Assembly (NCBI GenBank): GCA_964621955.1
Contig: CAZUMN010000004.1
Location: 1-57,771, forward strand
Direction: 5' to 3'
Length of the DNA stretch: 57,771 nucleotides
From: an uncultured Thermococci archaeon
GTDB lineage: Archaea > Methanobacteriota_B > Thermococci > Methanofastidiosales > Methanofastidiosaceae
The position numbers were made by a program, and so were the translations under genes. This document shows, in pieces, positions 18,113-27,519 of the stretch (positions within the stretch are counted from its first letter, which is position 1; every line of letters starts with the position of its first letter). The notes beneath the pieces are model-generated. The model ran no database searches and was not told the DNA's origin. It saw only the letters and a list, made by a program, of their open reading frames with translations.

Positions 18113-19096
18113 TTATTTATCAGATTTAATACTAATTGTAAAAATTGTTCCATTTGGTTTATTGTCTTCCACTTTAATGTCGCCGTTAGATCTTTTGAGA
18201 AGCTCTTTTACTATGTAAAGACCAAGGCCAGAACCTTTATTTTCCCCAGAACTGAAATTTTCATCAAAGATCTTTTCTTTATTATCATCTGGAATTCCCT
18301 TTCCATTGTCAGCTATTTTTATCTCGTAGTATTCCTTCTTTTTAGAAAAATAGATATCAATTTTATCCGTCTTTCCATGAACAACAGCGTTTCTAACGAT
18401 ATTGTCTATAACTGAAGAAAATGTATTTTTGACTTTAATATTAAAGCTACCATGGAGATTTATGTTAACATCATAATTCTTGACTACTTCATCAATTATA
18501 TCTTTCAGATTGTAGGTACTAATATCATTATCAGAAGAGATATCATTTTCAAATTCCCTTACCTTGTTGATCAGATCTACACTTTTGTTCATTGCTTTGA
18601 TGGCCTTATCTTTGAGTTTTGTATCTTTAGTATTTAGCATCTCTAATGACATCAGAGTCACTGAAATATTATTTAATATATCGTGTCTTAATATTTTATT
18701 TAAGAGTTTCAATGTATTATTCAAATCCTTTATTTCATCTGTTTCTCGTTTTTCTTTTGTAACAGATTTAATAAATCCAAATATAACTATGAAAAGACCA
18801 ATAGAAATTAAGATTCCTTCTAGGTAAGTATTGAAGATTTCAGATTCTATAGTGAATTCATCTAGAAAGTCCACCAATAATCCATAAGAAAACATTGCCC
18901 AACCAAAGGTGAATGTTCTGATATTCAATTTAAGAACATAAAAAAACATTACTACAACTAAGAAAAGATAAGTCCCTTCAAATACTATGTTACCCCCCTT
19001 AAATGAAGCATCAATTGGGAACGAAATAAACCATAAAAAAACTATAAAAAAACCAATTATAGAAAATACAAAAATATTAAGATTCTTTTTGATCAT
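18113..19096 (-). CDS. Membrane sensor histidine kinase
   Basis: TM helices; LRHDILN H-box, NIVRNAVVHG, DNGKGI, GSGLGL. Confidence 0.9.
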   Translation of the reverse strand: MIKKNLNIFVFSIIGFFIVFLWFISFPIDASFKGGNIVFEGTYLFLVVVMFFYVLKLNIRTFTFGWAMFSYGLLVDFLDEFTIESEIFNTYLEGILISIGLFIVIFGFIKSVTKEKRETDEIKDLNNTLKLLNKILRHDILNNISVTLMSLEMLNTKDTKLKDKAIKAMNKSVDLINKVREFENDISSDNDISTYNLKDIIDEVVKNYDVNINLHGSFNIKVKNTFSSVIDNIVRNAVVHGKTDKIDIYFSKKKEYYEIKIADNGKGIPDDNKEKIFDENFSSGENKGSGLGLYIVKELLKRSNGDIKVEDNKPNGTIFTISIKSDK

Positions 19097-19152
19097 TTAA
19101 ATCTGAGCCATAAAAAAGACATTCGATTAAATAACTTTCGCTTTCTAAGATA

Positions 19153-19743
19153 TTACCTCATGATTTCTTTTCTAAAATATTTTCTCAAGAACCTATAAAG
19201 TTTCTTATCCCAGTTTGGTGGTGGGTCTTCTCTTTCTGTGAGTGTTAAAATATATGATATCGATTTTTTATCTAAAAGATATTCAAAGTCTTTATCTTCT
19301 ATAAATCTATACATTGCATTGAATATAGGAGAAGGTAAAGGAACGTTAAGCTTTGATAATTTAAGATTTGTAAGCATCAAAGATTTCTTTAAATGTTCTC
19401 TTTCTTTTTCAGATATACCATGATAATCCATTTCATCGTTTCTTTTTTCCCAATCTATTTTTGCCTTTTCCCTAAACAGCTCTAAAGTACTGTAAATCCT
19501 TGGCCATCTTTCAGGATATTCAAGAAGTAATCTTTGTATGGGGATTATATTTTCCTGAATTAGTAAAACTCTCTTCTGTATCTCTTCTATATCACTTTGG
19601 GCGTAATTGACTTCATAGTAATCAAGTTGTTTTATTAGCCACGAATCCCTTCTCCCTTCAGCATTTTTTCTTCCAGAGATGAGAGCTTTATGTACCTCTT
19701 TTGAATCTTTTGTAGTTAATGGGACATTTTTATCATTTTGCAT
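19153..19743 (-). CDS. Hypothetical protein
   Basis: 196 aa ORF downstream of cooS on the same strand; no motif recognised. Confidence 0.6.
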   Translation of the reverse strand: MQNDKNVPLTTKDSKEVHKALISGRKNAEGRRDSWLIKQLDYYEVNYAQSDIEEIQKRVLLIQENIIPIQRLLLEYPERWPRIYSTLELFREKAKIDWEKRNDEMDYHGISEKEREHLKKSLMLTNLKLSKLNVPLPSPIFNAMYRFIEDKDFEYLLDKKSISYILTLTEREDPPPNWDKKLYRFLRKYFRKEIMR

Positions 19744-19790
19744 CCGAACATAAAATGATAAATAAATATAAAAATATTAGTATTTTAAAG

Positions 19791-21695
19791 TCATATCCCT
19801 AGTTTTTTTCTATTCGATTCAATGTGAGAAAGGATTGCATCAGATGCTTTAATTGGATCTTTCTCAACACTTAATATCCCGCCTGTAATATCTTTACAGT
19901 CGACGGTCAAAAGTTTTACAAGATTTGGGCCACCTGTCACAGGAGGAACTGGGTTGACATAGGTATATAATCCGAATGCCAATGCAAATATCGCATCTAT
20001 AGTTGCCTTCTGCTCCATATATTCTGGTGCAACTGCAGCAACGGGTAAATCTGGTACAGGCGCATCCCCTAAAGCCTTGGAAATTACACCAATTAAATCT
20101 GCAAGTCTTCCTGTGTCAGTACATGTCCCATAACTTAGTACTGGAGGGATATTCAATAGAGTGCATAATTTCTTTAATCCTGGGCCTGCCTTGTCTTTAG
20201 CTTCTAAGCTACAGAGCCCACCAACTTGTACTGCGGCATTTCCACATCCAAGAGATAAAACTAGTATATCCCTCTTTATCAACTCAGTTACCATTTTTAT
20301 TGTGTGAACATCCTGGCCTGAATCTCTTAATGAAGTACAAGAAACCATTCCGGCGACGCCTCTTATTGTACCATCTTTAATTGCATTTAATAGAGGTTCA
20401 ATTGTTCCACCTAATGCTTCAACTATACTTTCAGTTGAAAATCCAACTATCGCTTCTTTAGTTGGAAGGCCTACAACAGGGTCAATTGAACTCCTTCGCT
20501 CCTTGAAGTTGTCAATTGCCATTTGTAAAAGTGATGCAGCCTGTTTCTCAGCCTCGTTTGGGAGATAATCCACTCTTTCAGTAATGCCTTCAAATGCTAC
20601 AACCTCGCTTGCAGGCACCAATTTGAATTTGTATTTGTTTGCATATATTGGGTCAATCGGCATGGAACAGTTCATATCTGCCACAAATATATCTATACAG
20701 CCACTTGCCATTATTGCTTCCTGCATAATCCAGTTACCAGTGTATCCATAGAAAACATTGTCCATCTCCCATCTTTGAATTATTTCTTGGCCTGTTTCAA
20801 TATTTGCTATTATTCTAAGGCCTTTGGCGCCTACGGCCTTTGCCTTTTTTTGCCATTCTTCTTTTCTTGCAAGCTGGATCATTGCAAATCCCAAGAAAGG
20901 TTCATGACCATTTGGTAAAACATTGACATAGTCTGGATCTAAAATTCCCAGATCTACTCTCATTTTATGGGGTCTTGGAATCCCAAAAAGAATGTCTTGA
21001 GTAAATTCATTAATTATTTGACTTTGATACGCCATTGCTATTCCGATTCTCATTGCTTTTAAGGCTAAACTTACATAATATCCATCTACATTTGTTAAAC
21101 AAGAACTTGTGGAGAACATTATTTCCCCATGAACCCCTCCAGGGAATATCCCAAGTTTTTTCCATGCATTTTTTCTCTCGGGCGGGGCTAATATTTCTAC
21201 AATTTTGCTTTGCTCAGAATATTTTCTATTAAAGTCCTCTTCAACAAAATCACTAAATCTTAAAGCAATTTCGTTAATGCTCCCACTTGTATCCACTCCA
21301 AGTCTTTTAGCAAATGATCTTAATTTTTCTGGCTCTTTTATTTGAAAAGGAGTTTCACCTTTGGCAGTTGCCCTTAGAGTTTTTATTGTTTGTTCGGTGT
21401 GGTAATGGTAAGTTGAAGTACCCAATACATTCCTCAAAAGCATCATTCTCATTGCCATGCCATCTGCGGTAATCCCACAGACCCCTCTTTTATCAATTGA
21501 TGCGTCAGAACGACATGGACCATTTGAACAAAGGTCACATCGAACTCCGCCTTGGCAGAAAGGACATCTTTTATCAGGGTCTCCCCCAAATCCTTGAGCT
21601 TCGTATCTATCCCAAATATTTGTTATATTGTCATCTTTAATTTTCTTATACATTTTTTTTACAGATTCATGATGAGATACTCTCTCGCCTTCCAT
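19791..21695 (-). CDS. cooS: CooS-family CO dehydrogenase-like protein (deviant C-cluster ligands)
   Basis: CPFC...CDLCSNGPC...VCG, GHEP, DMNC, VSC, LGC, GTCTD, EQKA. Confidence 0.92.
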   Translation of the reverse strand: MEGERVSHHESVKKMYKKIKDDNITNIWDRYEAQGFGGDPDKRCPFCQGGVRCDLCSNGPCRSDASIDKRGVCGITADGMAMRMMLLRNVLGTSTYHYHTEQTIKTLRATAKGETPFQIKEPEKLRSFAKRLGVDTSGSINEIALRFSDFVEEDFNRKYSEQSKIVEILAPPERKNAWKKLGIFPGGVHGEIMFSTSSCLTNVDGYYVSLALKAMRIGIAMAYQSQIINEFTQDILFGIPRPHKMRVDLGILDPDYVNVLPNGHEPFLGFAMIQLARKEEWQKKAKAVGAKGLRIIANIETGQEIIQRWEMDNVFYGYTGNWIMQEAIMASGCIDIFVADMNCSMPIDPIYANKYKFKLVPASEVVAFEGITERVDYLPNEAEKQAASLLQMAIDNFKERRSSIDPVVGLPTKEAIVGFSTESIVEALGGTIEPLLNAIKDGTIRGVAGMVSCTSLRDSGQDVHTIKMVTELIKRDILVLSLGCGNAAVQVGGLCSLEAKDKAGPGLKKLCTLLNIPPVLSYGTCTDTGRLADLIGVISKALGDAPVPDLPVAAVAPEYMEQKATIDAIFALAFGLYTYVNPVPPVTGGPNLVKLLTVDCKDITGGILSVEKDPIKASDAILSHIESNRKKLGI

Positions 21696-21764
21696 TTTTA
21701 CTCCTCACAAATTTATCTTTGTTTTATTATTATATATAGTTTTCTTTAAAAAAAGGAAAATAAA

Positions 21765-22085
21765 TTAATCTGTTAAGCCCAATAATATTGCCAGATTATC
21801 CTTAGCTTTGAGAGAGTGGGGTGCATTCTTAGGCATGAAAATAAATACTCCAGGAGTCATTTCAATCTCTTCATCAACAAGTGTAAAGGTACCTGTCCCA
21901 CTTAAGACTTGTACAATTCCCGCCTTAGTTGAAGTGTGTGTGTCTATATTTGTCCCAGCAGATAGACACATCAATGTATAGTTGTATGTTTTGGACAATG
22001 CTAATACAGTACTAAAAATGCCCTCTTTTGGAAACTGCATAGTTTTATTCAAATCTTTCCAAAATCCTTTTTCCATTATATCCAT
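21765..22085 (-). CDS. Cupin domain protein
   Basis: HTS...VQVLSGTGTF...MPKNAPHSLKA. Confidence 0.85.
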   Translation of the reverse strand: MDIMEKGFWKDLNKTMQFPKEGIFSTVLALSKTYNYTLMCLSAGTNIDTHTSTKAGIVQVLSGTGTFTLVDEEIEMTPGVFIFMPKNAPHSLKAKDNLAILLGLTD

Positions 22086-22909
22086 TCCTCCTTTATTATA
22101 TCTCCTTTGATCCCAACTACTATTAATTTTATCGGAATCTTTCGAGTTGCACTATCTAAAGCCTTCTTGGCTATTTGAAGAAGACCAGAGCAACACGGAA
22201 CTTCCATTACTAAAACTGTTAATGTGTTAATCTTTGCCTCATCTATCATCTTTTTTATTTTCTCTACATAGACATCTCTATTTGAATCAAGTTTTGGGCA
22301 TGCTATTACTAATGTCTTACCTTTAAGGAAATCTTTGTGAAAATCGCCTATGGAAAAGGCTGTACAATCTGCGGCAAGTAAAACATCCTTCCCAAGAAAA
22401 TAAGGTGCATTTGGTGAGACCAGATGAAGTTGAATTGGCCATTGTCTAAGTTGAGAGGACCTCTTTCCTGTCTCATTTACTTTATTTTCTTCTTTTGAGA
22501 ATTCCATAATTTTTGAACCGGGACAAGATGCCCTATGTAAATGACTTTCTTCCTTAATAGGATTTTCTATACCTTTCTCTTCAAGGAAATCTTTTGCCTG
22601 TTTTAGATATTTATCTGCACCGTGATCCTTTAAGTGCTGAAGATGAGCCTTGATAGTATTTTTTCCATGTTTTACTATATTCTCCATTACTTTTCTTTCA
22701 TCGTATTCTTCAGCTTCTCTTTCTTCAACAAATATAGCACCTTCTGGACAGTTTCCAATGCAGGCTCCAAGTCCATCACAAAATAGATCACTAACTAATC
22801 TCGCTTTGCCATCTATTATTTGAAGCGCTCCTTCAGGGCAATTGGGAACACAAATCCCACATCCATTACATTTTTCCTCATTAATATTGATTATTTCTCT
22901 CTTTACCAT
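22076..22909 (-). CDS. 2x[4Fe-4S] ferredoxin-domain protein
   Basis: CNGCGICVPNCP, CDGLGACIGNCP, QWPIQL, AADC, IACPKLD, MEVPCC. Confidence 0.88.
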   Translation of the reverse strand: MVKREIININEEKCNGCGICVPNCPEGALQIIDGKARLVSDLFCDGLGACIGNCPEGAIFVEEREAEEYDERKVMENIVKHGKNTIKAHLQHLKDHGADKYLKQAKDFLEEKGIENPIKEESHLHRASCPGSKIMEFSKEENKVNETGKRSSQLRQWPIQLHLVSPNAPYFLGKDVLLAADCTAFSIGDFHKDFLKGKTLVIACPKLDSNRDVYVEKIKKMIDEAKINTLTVLVMEVPCCSGLLQIAKKALDSATRKIPIKLIVVGIKGDIIKEEWI

Positions 22910-22985
22910 TTTAACACCAATATCTTTTCTATACTAAGTATATAATAGATACCTATATAAACTAGTAAGTTTCTGGTTTGATACC

Positions 22986-23351
22986 ATGATCGACTGCACT
23001 ATTTTCAAAACACTTGAGATTGTAGGGAAAAAATGGTCTCTTCTAATTTTATTAGAGTTATATAGGGGTGAAACTAAAGATAAGAGATTTAATGAATTAA
23101 AAAGGGGTTTAAGAGGAATAACGCCTAAAATTCTCTCATTACGGCTTTCTGAACTAGAAGATCAAGGACTTATCAAAAAAAATATAGATAACTCTAAAGT
23201 ACCAATAAAATGTGAGTATTCTCTAACTGAAAGTGGAGAAGATTTTATCCACATAATTCAAGAAATTAAAGATTGGGGCCTTAAATGGAAATTTGATAAT
23301 CCTGAGTGTTCAGCTACATATTGTAAACAGTGCCAGTTGGCCCTTGAATAA
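22986..23351 (+). CDS. HxlR-family winged-helix regulator with Cys-rich tail
   Basis: IVGKKWSLLIL, RFNEL, ITPKILSLRLSELE, EYSLTESG; tail CSATYCKQC. Confidence 0.9.
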   Translation: MIDCTIFKTLEIVGKKWSLLILLELYRGETKDKRFNELKRGLRGITPKILSLRLSELEDQGLIKKNIDNSKVPIKCEYSLTESGEDFIHIIQEIKDWGLKWKFDNPECSATYCKQCQLALE

Positions 23352-23448
23352 ATAGTACTGCTCCTCGCTAATATTTGAGATTATTAATATATTTTATGTT
23401 GAATAATCTTAATAATACATTTGTTAGATTAGGTATTGATGGATTAAT

Positions 23449-23865
23449 ATGAAGAAAAAAGTTCTTTTTGTTTGCACACATAATTCAGCTAGATCACAAA
23501 TGGCTGAAGGCCTATTGAATAATATTTGTGGGAACGCCTTTGAGGCATATAGTGCAGGCTCGGCACCTACTAGGATAAATCCATTCTCCATTGAAGCTTT
23601 GAAAGAAATAGGAATTGACATATCCTCTCATTATTCAAAAAGTACTGAAGATTATATGAAAATGCAATTTGATTACGTGATTACAGTTTGTGATAATGCT
23701 AAAGAAATATGCCCATTTTTTCCTGGTGCGAAAAATTACATTCACAAAAAATTTGAAGACCCTTCCAGTGTAGAAGGAACAAATGAAGATAAATTAAATG
23801 CTTTTAAGAAATCTAGAGACGAAATAAAGCTATGGATAATAGAATTCTTTTGTAATAAAAATTAG
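23449..23865 (+). CDS. arsC: Arsenate reductase (thioredoxin-type, LMW-PTP fold)
   Basis: CTHNSARSQMAEG, TVCD, CPFFPG, FEDP. Confidence 0.88.
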   Translation: MKKKVLFVCTHNSARSQMAEGLLNNICGNAFEAYSAGSAPTRINPFSIEALKEIGIDISSHYSKSTEDYMKMQFDYVITVCDNAKEICPFFPGAKNYIHKKFEDPSSVEGTNEDKLNAFKKSRDEIKLWIIEFFCNKN

Positions 23866-24287
23866 CTAATAAAAGGAAAAGAAGGTAAAAAAAATTTGAT
23901 TATCAAGTATATCATGATAAACCAGATAATAATTATTGAAAATGTTACTATCCATTTTGACTTTACACTTATTGGTTCACATATAGCCTTGTTTCTACAA
24001 TCCTGAAAAACTTCTCTTGGAATCAATTTAATGATTAGATATATTGTAACTGAGACAATCAAAATATCGTCTAGATACCCGATGATAGGGATAAAATCTG
24101 GTATGAGATCAATAGGGCTGATAAAATATCCTAAAAGCAACAGAATTATGAGCTTGACATACCAGGGGACTCTTGGGTCTCTATATGCTTTATAAAGAGC
24201 ATAAATATCTGTTTCGAGACTTTTTGTTTTTTCTTTCAATTTTTTGATATTAATCATGAAATCCCTAAATAAGATTGAAGTCTTCAA
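23862..24287 (-). CDS. DUF1232 (YkvA) family membrane protein
   Basis: DPRVPWYVK, YFISPIDLIPDFIPIIGYLDD. Confidence 0.92.
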   Translation of the reverse strand: MKTSILFRDFMINIKKLKEKTKSLETDIYALYKAYRDPRVPWYVKLIILLLLGYFISPIDLIPDFIPIIGYLDDILIVSVTIYLIIKLIPREVFQDCRNKAICEPISVKSKWIVTFSIIIIWFIMIYLIIKFFLPSFPFIS

Positions 24288-25671
24288 AGATTATATTTCT
24301 TGGTTTGACACCCAGTTTGATAAATTGATCTGCAAGTTCCATCATCATTTCATTGGGGCCACATATAAAAATTAATTTATTAGTTATTTTCTCTTTGGCA
24401 CCTGATAATTGTATTATATCTTGTGCAGAAAGTCTTCCAAGATCGTTTGAGGTCCATATCCTATATCGGATGTTATTCTTATTTTTGATAATTTCTTTTA
24501 TTTCTTTATCGTAGAATGCATTCGTTTCGTCTTTACATGACCATAGGAAATCAATTTTATTATTTTTTGGTAAATCCTCATATGTTAACATACTAAGGAA
24601 AGGAGTTACCCCTATCCCTCCTGCAATCCATATCATATCCTTTTTTTCAAAAAGAGATTTTTCGCCAAATCTACCATAAGGCCCGTATAGGTATACCGTA
24701 TCCCCAACATTAACTTTTGGTAGATGATTCGAAGTAAAATCCCCTGACCTTTTTGCCGAGATTCTAATCAACTCATCACTCTTAGAACTTGATATAGAAA
24801 ATGGAAATATTTCAAATGATTTTTCAAAATTTAAAAATTTGATAAAGATAAATTGACCAGGATTGAAATTCATTTTTTTGCTAAGTGTTTTAAATTTTAT
24901 TTCAGTTATATCACCAATGATCTTGACATCTTTAACTTCAGCCCTAACTCTAGGGCCAATTAATTGATAGAAAAATAGCATATAGAAATATGAAATAATT
25001 CCGACTAATGAGAAAATAAGAATCCATGCTCTAAGTACTGGATATTGAATTATATCTCGCCCTGCAACTAATGCATGCCAGGTAGCCAATATAAGAACGA
25101 CCCCCATAAACTTGTGTGTAAGGTGCCAGATTTTGTAAGGTAGCCTTATTACAAGAGTAAATATCAAAAGAATAACAAGGAGAAAAAAAGATACAATCCC
25201 ATATGTATAAGGAATATTCAACCCAGGGACAAGATATATTGATATTAAATTCAGATTAGGAAAGACTCTAATAATTAAAAAAAGAGGGTGCAGTAGTATC
25301 ACAATCATTGTAATCTGCCCCAAAAAGTGGTGAGCTTTGTAGACCTTATCGAGGCCCCCAAAAACTGACTCCATGAAATGCCATCTTATTGATAAAAAAA
25401 TTGTTAGAGATAATAAACATATTCCAATCAATGCTGATACTTTAACAATAATTAATAAGAATTGAAAATTCCCCCCCATCCTATTGGAGAACCATAGTAA
25501 AAAAGTGATTAATCCAACGAAAAATATAATCCCAAGACTCTTATACCCAAATTGATTTCGATTGATTTTGTCAAGTAATCCTAATGGAACTATTTTTTTT
25601 ATATTGATTCTGGAATTTTTTCTACTCATGGTAACACTGTTAATAATATCTTTATTTATTAATAGAAACAT
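24265..25671 (-). CDS. Ferric-reductase-like heme b membrane protein with FAD/NAD-binding domains
   Basis: TM His residues (KAHH, LLHP, LTHK, TWHA), PFSISS, AGGIGVTPF, CGP. Start may be ATG 25629. Confidence 0.85.
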   Translation of the reverse strand: MFLLINKDIINSVTMSRKNSRINIKKIVPLGLLDKINRNQFGYKSLGIIFFVGLITFLLWFSNRMGGNFQFLLIIVKVSALIGICLLSLTIFLSIRWHFMESVFGGLDKVYKAHHFLGQITMIVILLHPLFLIIRVFPNLNLISIYLVPGLNIPYTYGIVSFFLLVILLIFTLVIRLPYKIWHLTHKFMGVVLILATWHALVAGRDIIQYPVLRAWILIFSLVGIISYFYMLFFYQLIGPRVRAEVKDVKIIGDITEIKFKTLSKKMNFNPGQFIFIKFLNFEKSFEIFPFSISSSKSDELIRISAKRSGDFTSNHLPKVNVGDTVYLYGPYGRFGEKSLFEKKDMIWIAGGIGVTPFLSMLTYEDLPKNNKIDFLWSCKDETNAFYDKEIKEIIKNKNNIRYRIWTSNDLGRLSAQDIIQLSGAKEKITNKLIFICGPNEMMMELADQFIKLGVKPRNIIFEDFNLI

Positions 25672-25755
25672 TCATTATAAAATTAACGTAGAATGTATGA
25701 TTCTTATAATTTTGTATACATTAGTAATTTAAACGAAATAATTAAGATTTGACCT

Positions 25756-26862
25756 ATGCATTATCACATCATACTGACAACGAAATGCAATTCCCAGTGC
25801 AAATACTGTTACGAAAAGTCAATGAATGATTTTGATTTCGATATTGAACAAAAAGTCACTCTTGATTTATCTGCACCTGAATCTAGTGAAATCGATGTAA
25901 ATGCTCTTAAGAAATTTATTAATAAGGATAAAAATCCTGTGATTATCTTCTATGGAGGAGAACCGCTTCTCCAAATAAATAAAATCAAGGAGATTATTGA
26001 TAATATTGATGCGCCTTTTAGAATGCAGACGAACGGAAAGCTTTTGGATAAACTTCCAATAGAATACCTAGATAAAATTGGTAAGATTTTAGTTTCTATT
26101 GATGGGGATAGAGAGAAGACTGATTCAAATAGGGGTAAAGGGACTTATAACTTAGTAATGAAGAATATTTCGGAAATAAAAGGAAAAGATTATCCTGGGG
26201 AGATTATTGGTAGGATGACTTTGAACTTGCAATCGCCAGATATTTTTGAACAAGTTTTACATTTGGTTGATAGTGGCTTTTCATCCGTCCATTGGCAGAT
26301 AGATGCAGGCTTTTACGCATATGATTATGATAAAGAAAAATTTAGTTTTTTTGTAAAAGAATACAACAGTTCAATCACAAAACTTATTGATTATTGGATG
26401 GGCCAAATGAGGAATCAAAAAGTTCTAAAACTTTATCCATTCATTGGAATAGTGGAGAGTCTTCTCAAAAGTGAGAAAACGTTTCTAAGATGCGGTGCAG
26501 GCCATAGTGGGTATGCTATTCGCACAGATGGAAAATTGGTGGCTTGCCCAATCATGACTTGGATCCAAGATTTTGTTTGTGGCGATTTAGATTCCGACCC
26601 TACAGAATTAAAAAAATTTCCAATGGCAGAAAGATGTAAGAACTGTGAGATTAACACTGTTTGTGGCGGGAGATGTCTCTACTGGCAGCACCTAAAATTA
26701 TGGCCAGAAGAGGGAAATGAATTAATATGTAATACAATAAAACATCTTGTAATCGAGTTAAAAAATAAAATGTCTGAAATTAAAGAACTTATTGACAAAG
26801 GAATAATCAGCTACAAAGATTTTGAATATGAGAAATATTTTGGACCAGAGATAATACCATAA
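25756..26862 (+). CDS. Radical SAM/SPASM protein (TIGR04084/AF0577-like)
   Basis: CNSQCKYC, FYGGEPL, CGAG...ACP, CKNC...CGGRC, YEKYFGPEIIP tail. Confidence 0.8.
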   Translation: MHYHIILTTKCNSQCKYCYEKSMNDFDFDIEQKVTLDLSAPESSEIDVNALKKFINKDKNPVIIFYGGEPLLQINKIKEIIDNIDAPFRMQTNGKLLDKLPIEYLDKIGKILVSIDGDREKTDSNRGKGTYNLVMKNISEIKGKDYPGEIIGRMTLNLQSPDIFEQVLHLVDSGFSSVHWQIDAGFYAYDYDKEKFSFFVKEYNSSITKLIDYWMGQMRNQKVLKLYPFIGIVESLLKSEKTFLRCGAGHSGYAIRTDGKLVACPIMTWIQDFVCGDLDSDPTELKKFPMAERCKNCEINTVCGGRCLYWQHLKLWPEEGNELICNTIKHLVIELKNKMSEIKELIDKGIISYKDFEYEKYFGPEIIP

Positions 26863-26944
26863 TTCGTTCTGTTTTTTGAAATTATTAAGAATAATTCTCC
26901 GAAAGATACTTAAATACCATAATCAAAGTGTAGTTGGAGATTTT

Positions 26945-27508
26945 ATGGACTTATCAATTTTGTTAATACTTGGAGTTGTAGTTGTTATAGCACTTGGTCT
27001 TATTGGGATATTTGTTGGCATCTACAACAGATTTTTTGCATTGAAGAATTCAGCTGAAGCAACTCTTGGACAGATAAGAGTCGCCCTAAAAAAGCGTCTT
27101 GATATGATTGACCAGCTATTGGGTGCTGTAAAGAGTTACGCAAAGTTTGAGAAAGAAACTTTGGAGAATATAACAAAATACCGTGCAAGCATTGGAAGTG
27201 CTTCTCCTCAGGCGATAAGTGAAATTGACCGTCAAAGTGCGGGCATATTGGGAAGACTTATTGCAGTAGCGGAAAACTATCCAGATCTTAAAACTTCAAC
27301 TACAGTAGTTAATCTAATGGAATCAGTGAAAACTGTAGAAGATGAAATTGCAAGACAAAGGTATACCTATAATAACATAGCACAACAGTTTAACACTATG
27401 CTTGATACAATACCATCAAACATAGTTGGAAGAATCATCGGACTCATAAAATTAGAATACCTTAAATTTGAAGAGGCTATTGAAACAAGGCCAAAAATTG
27501 AGTTTTAG
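26945..27508 (+). CDS. lemA: LemA family protein
   Basis: TM then YNR, LKKRLDMI, AENYPDLK, ARQRYTYN; start moved to ATG 26945 after GGAGA. Confidence 0.9.
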   Translation: MDLSILLILGVVVVIALGLIGIFVGIYNRFFALKNSAEATLGQIRVALKKRLDMIDQLLGAVKSYAKFEKETLENITKYRASIGSASPQAISEIDRQSAGILGRLIAVAENYPDLKTSTTVVNLMESVKTVEDEIARQRYTYNNIAQQFNTMLDTIPSNIVGRIIGLIKLEYLKFEEAIETRPKIEF

Positions 27509-27519
27509 AAGATGGAAAT

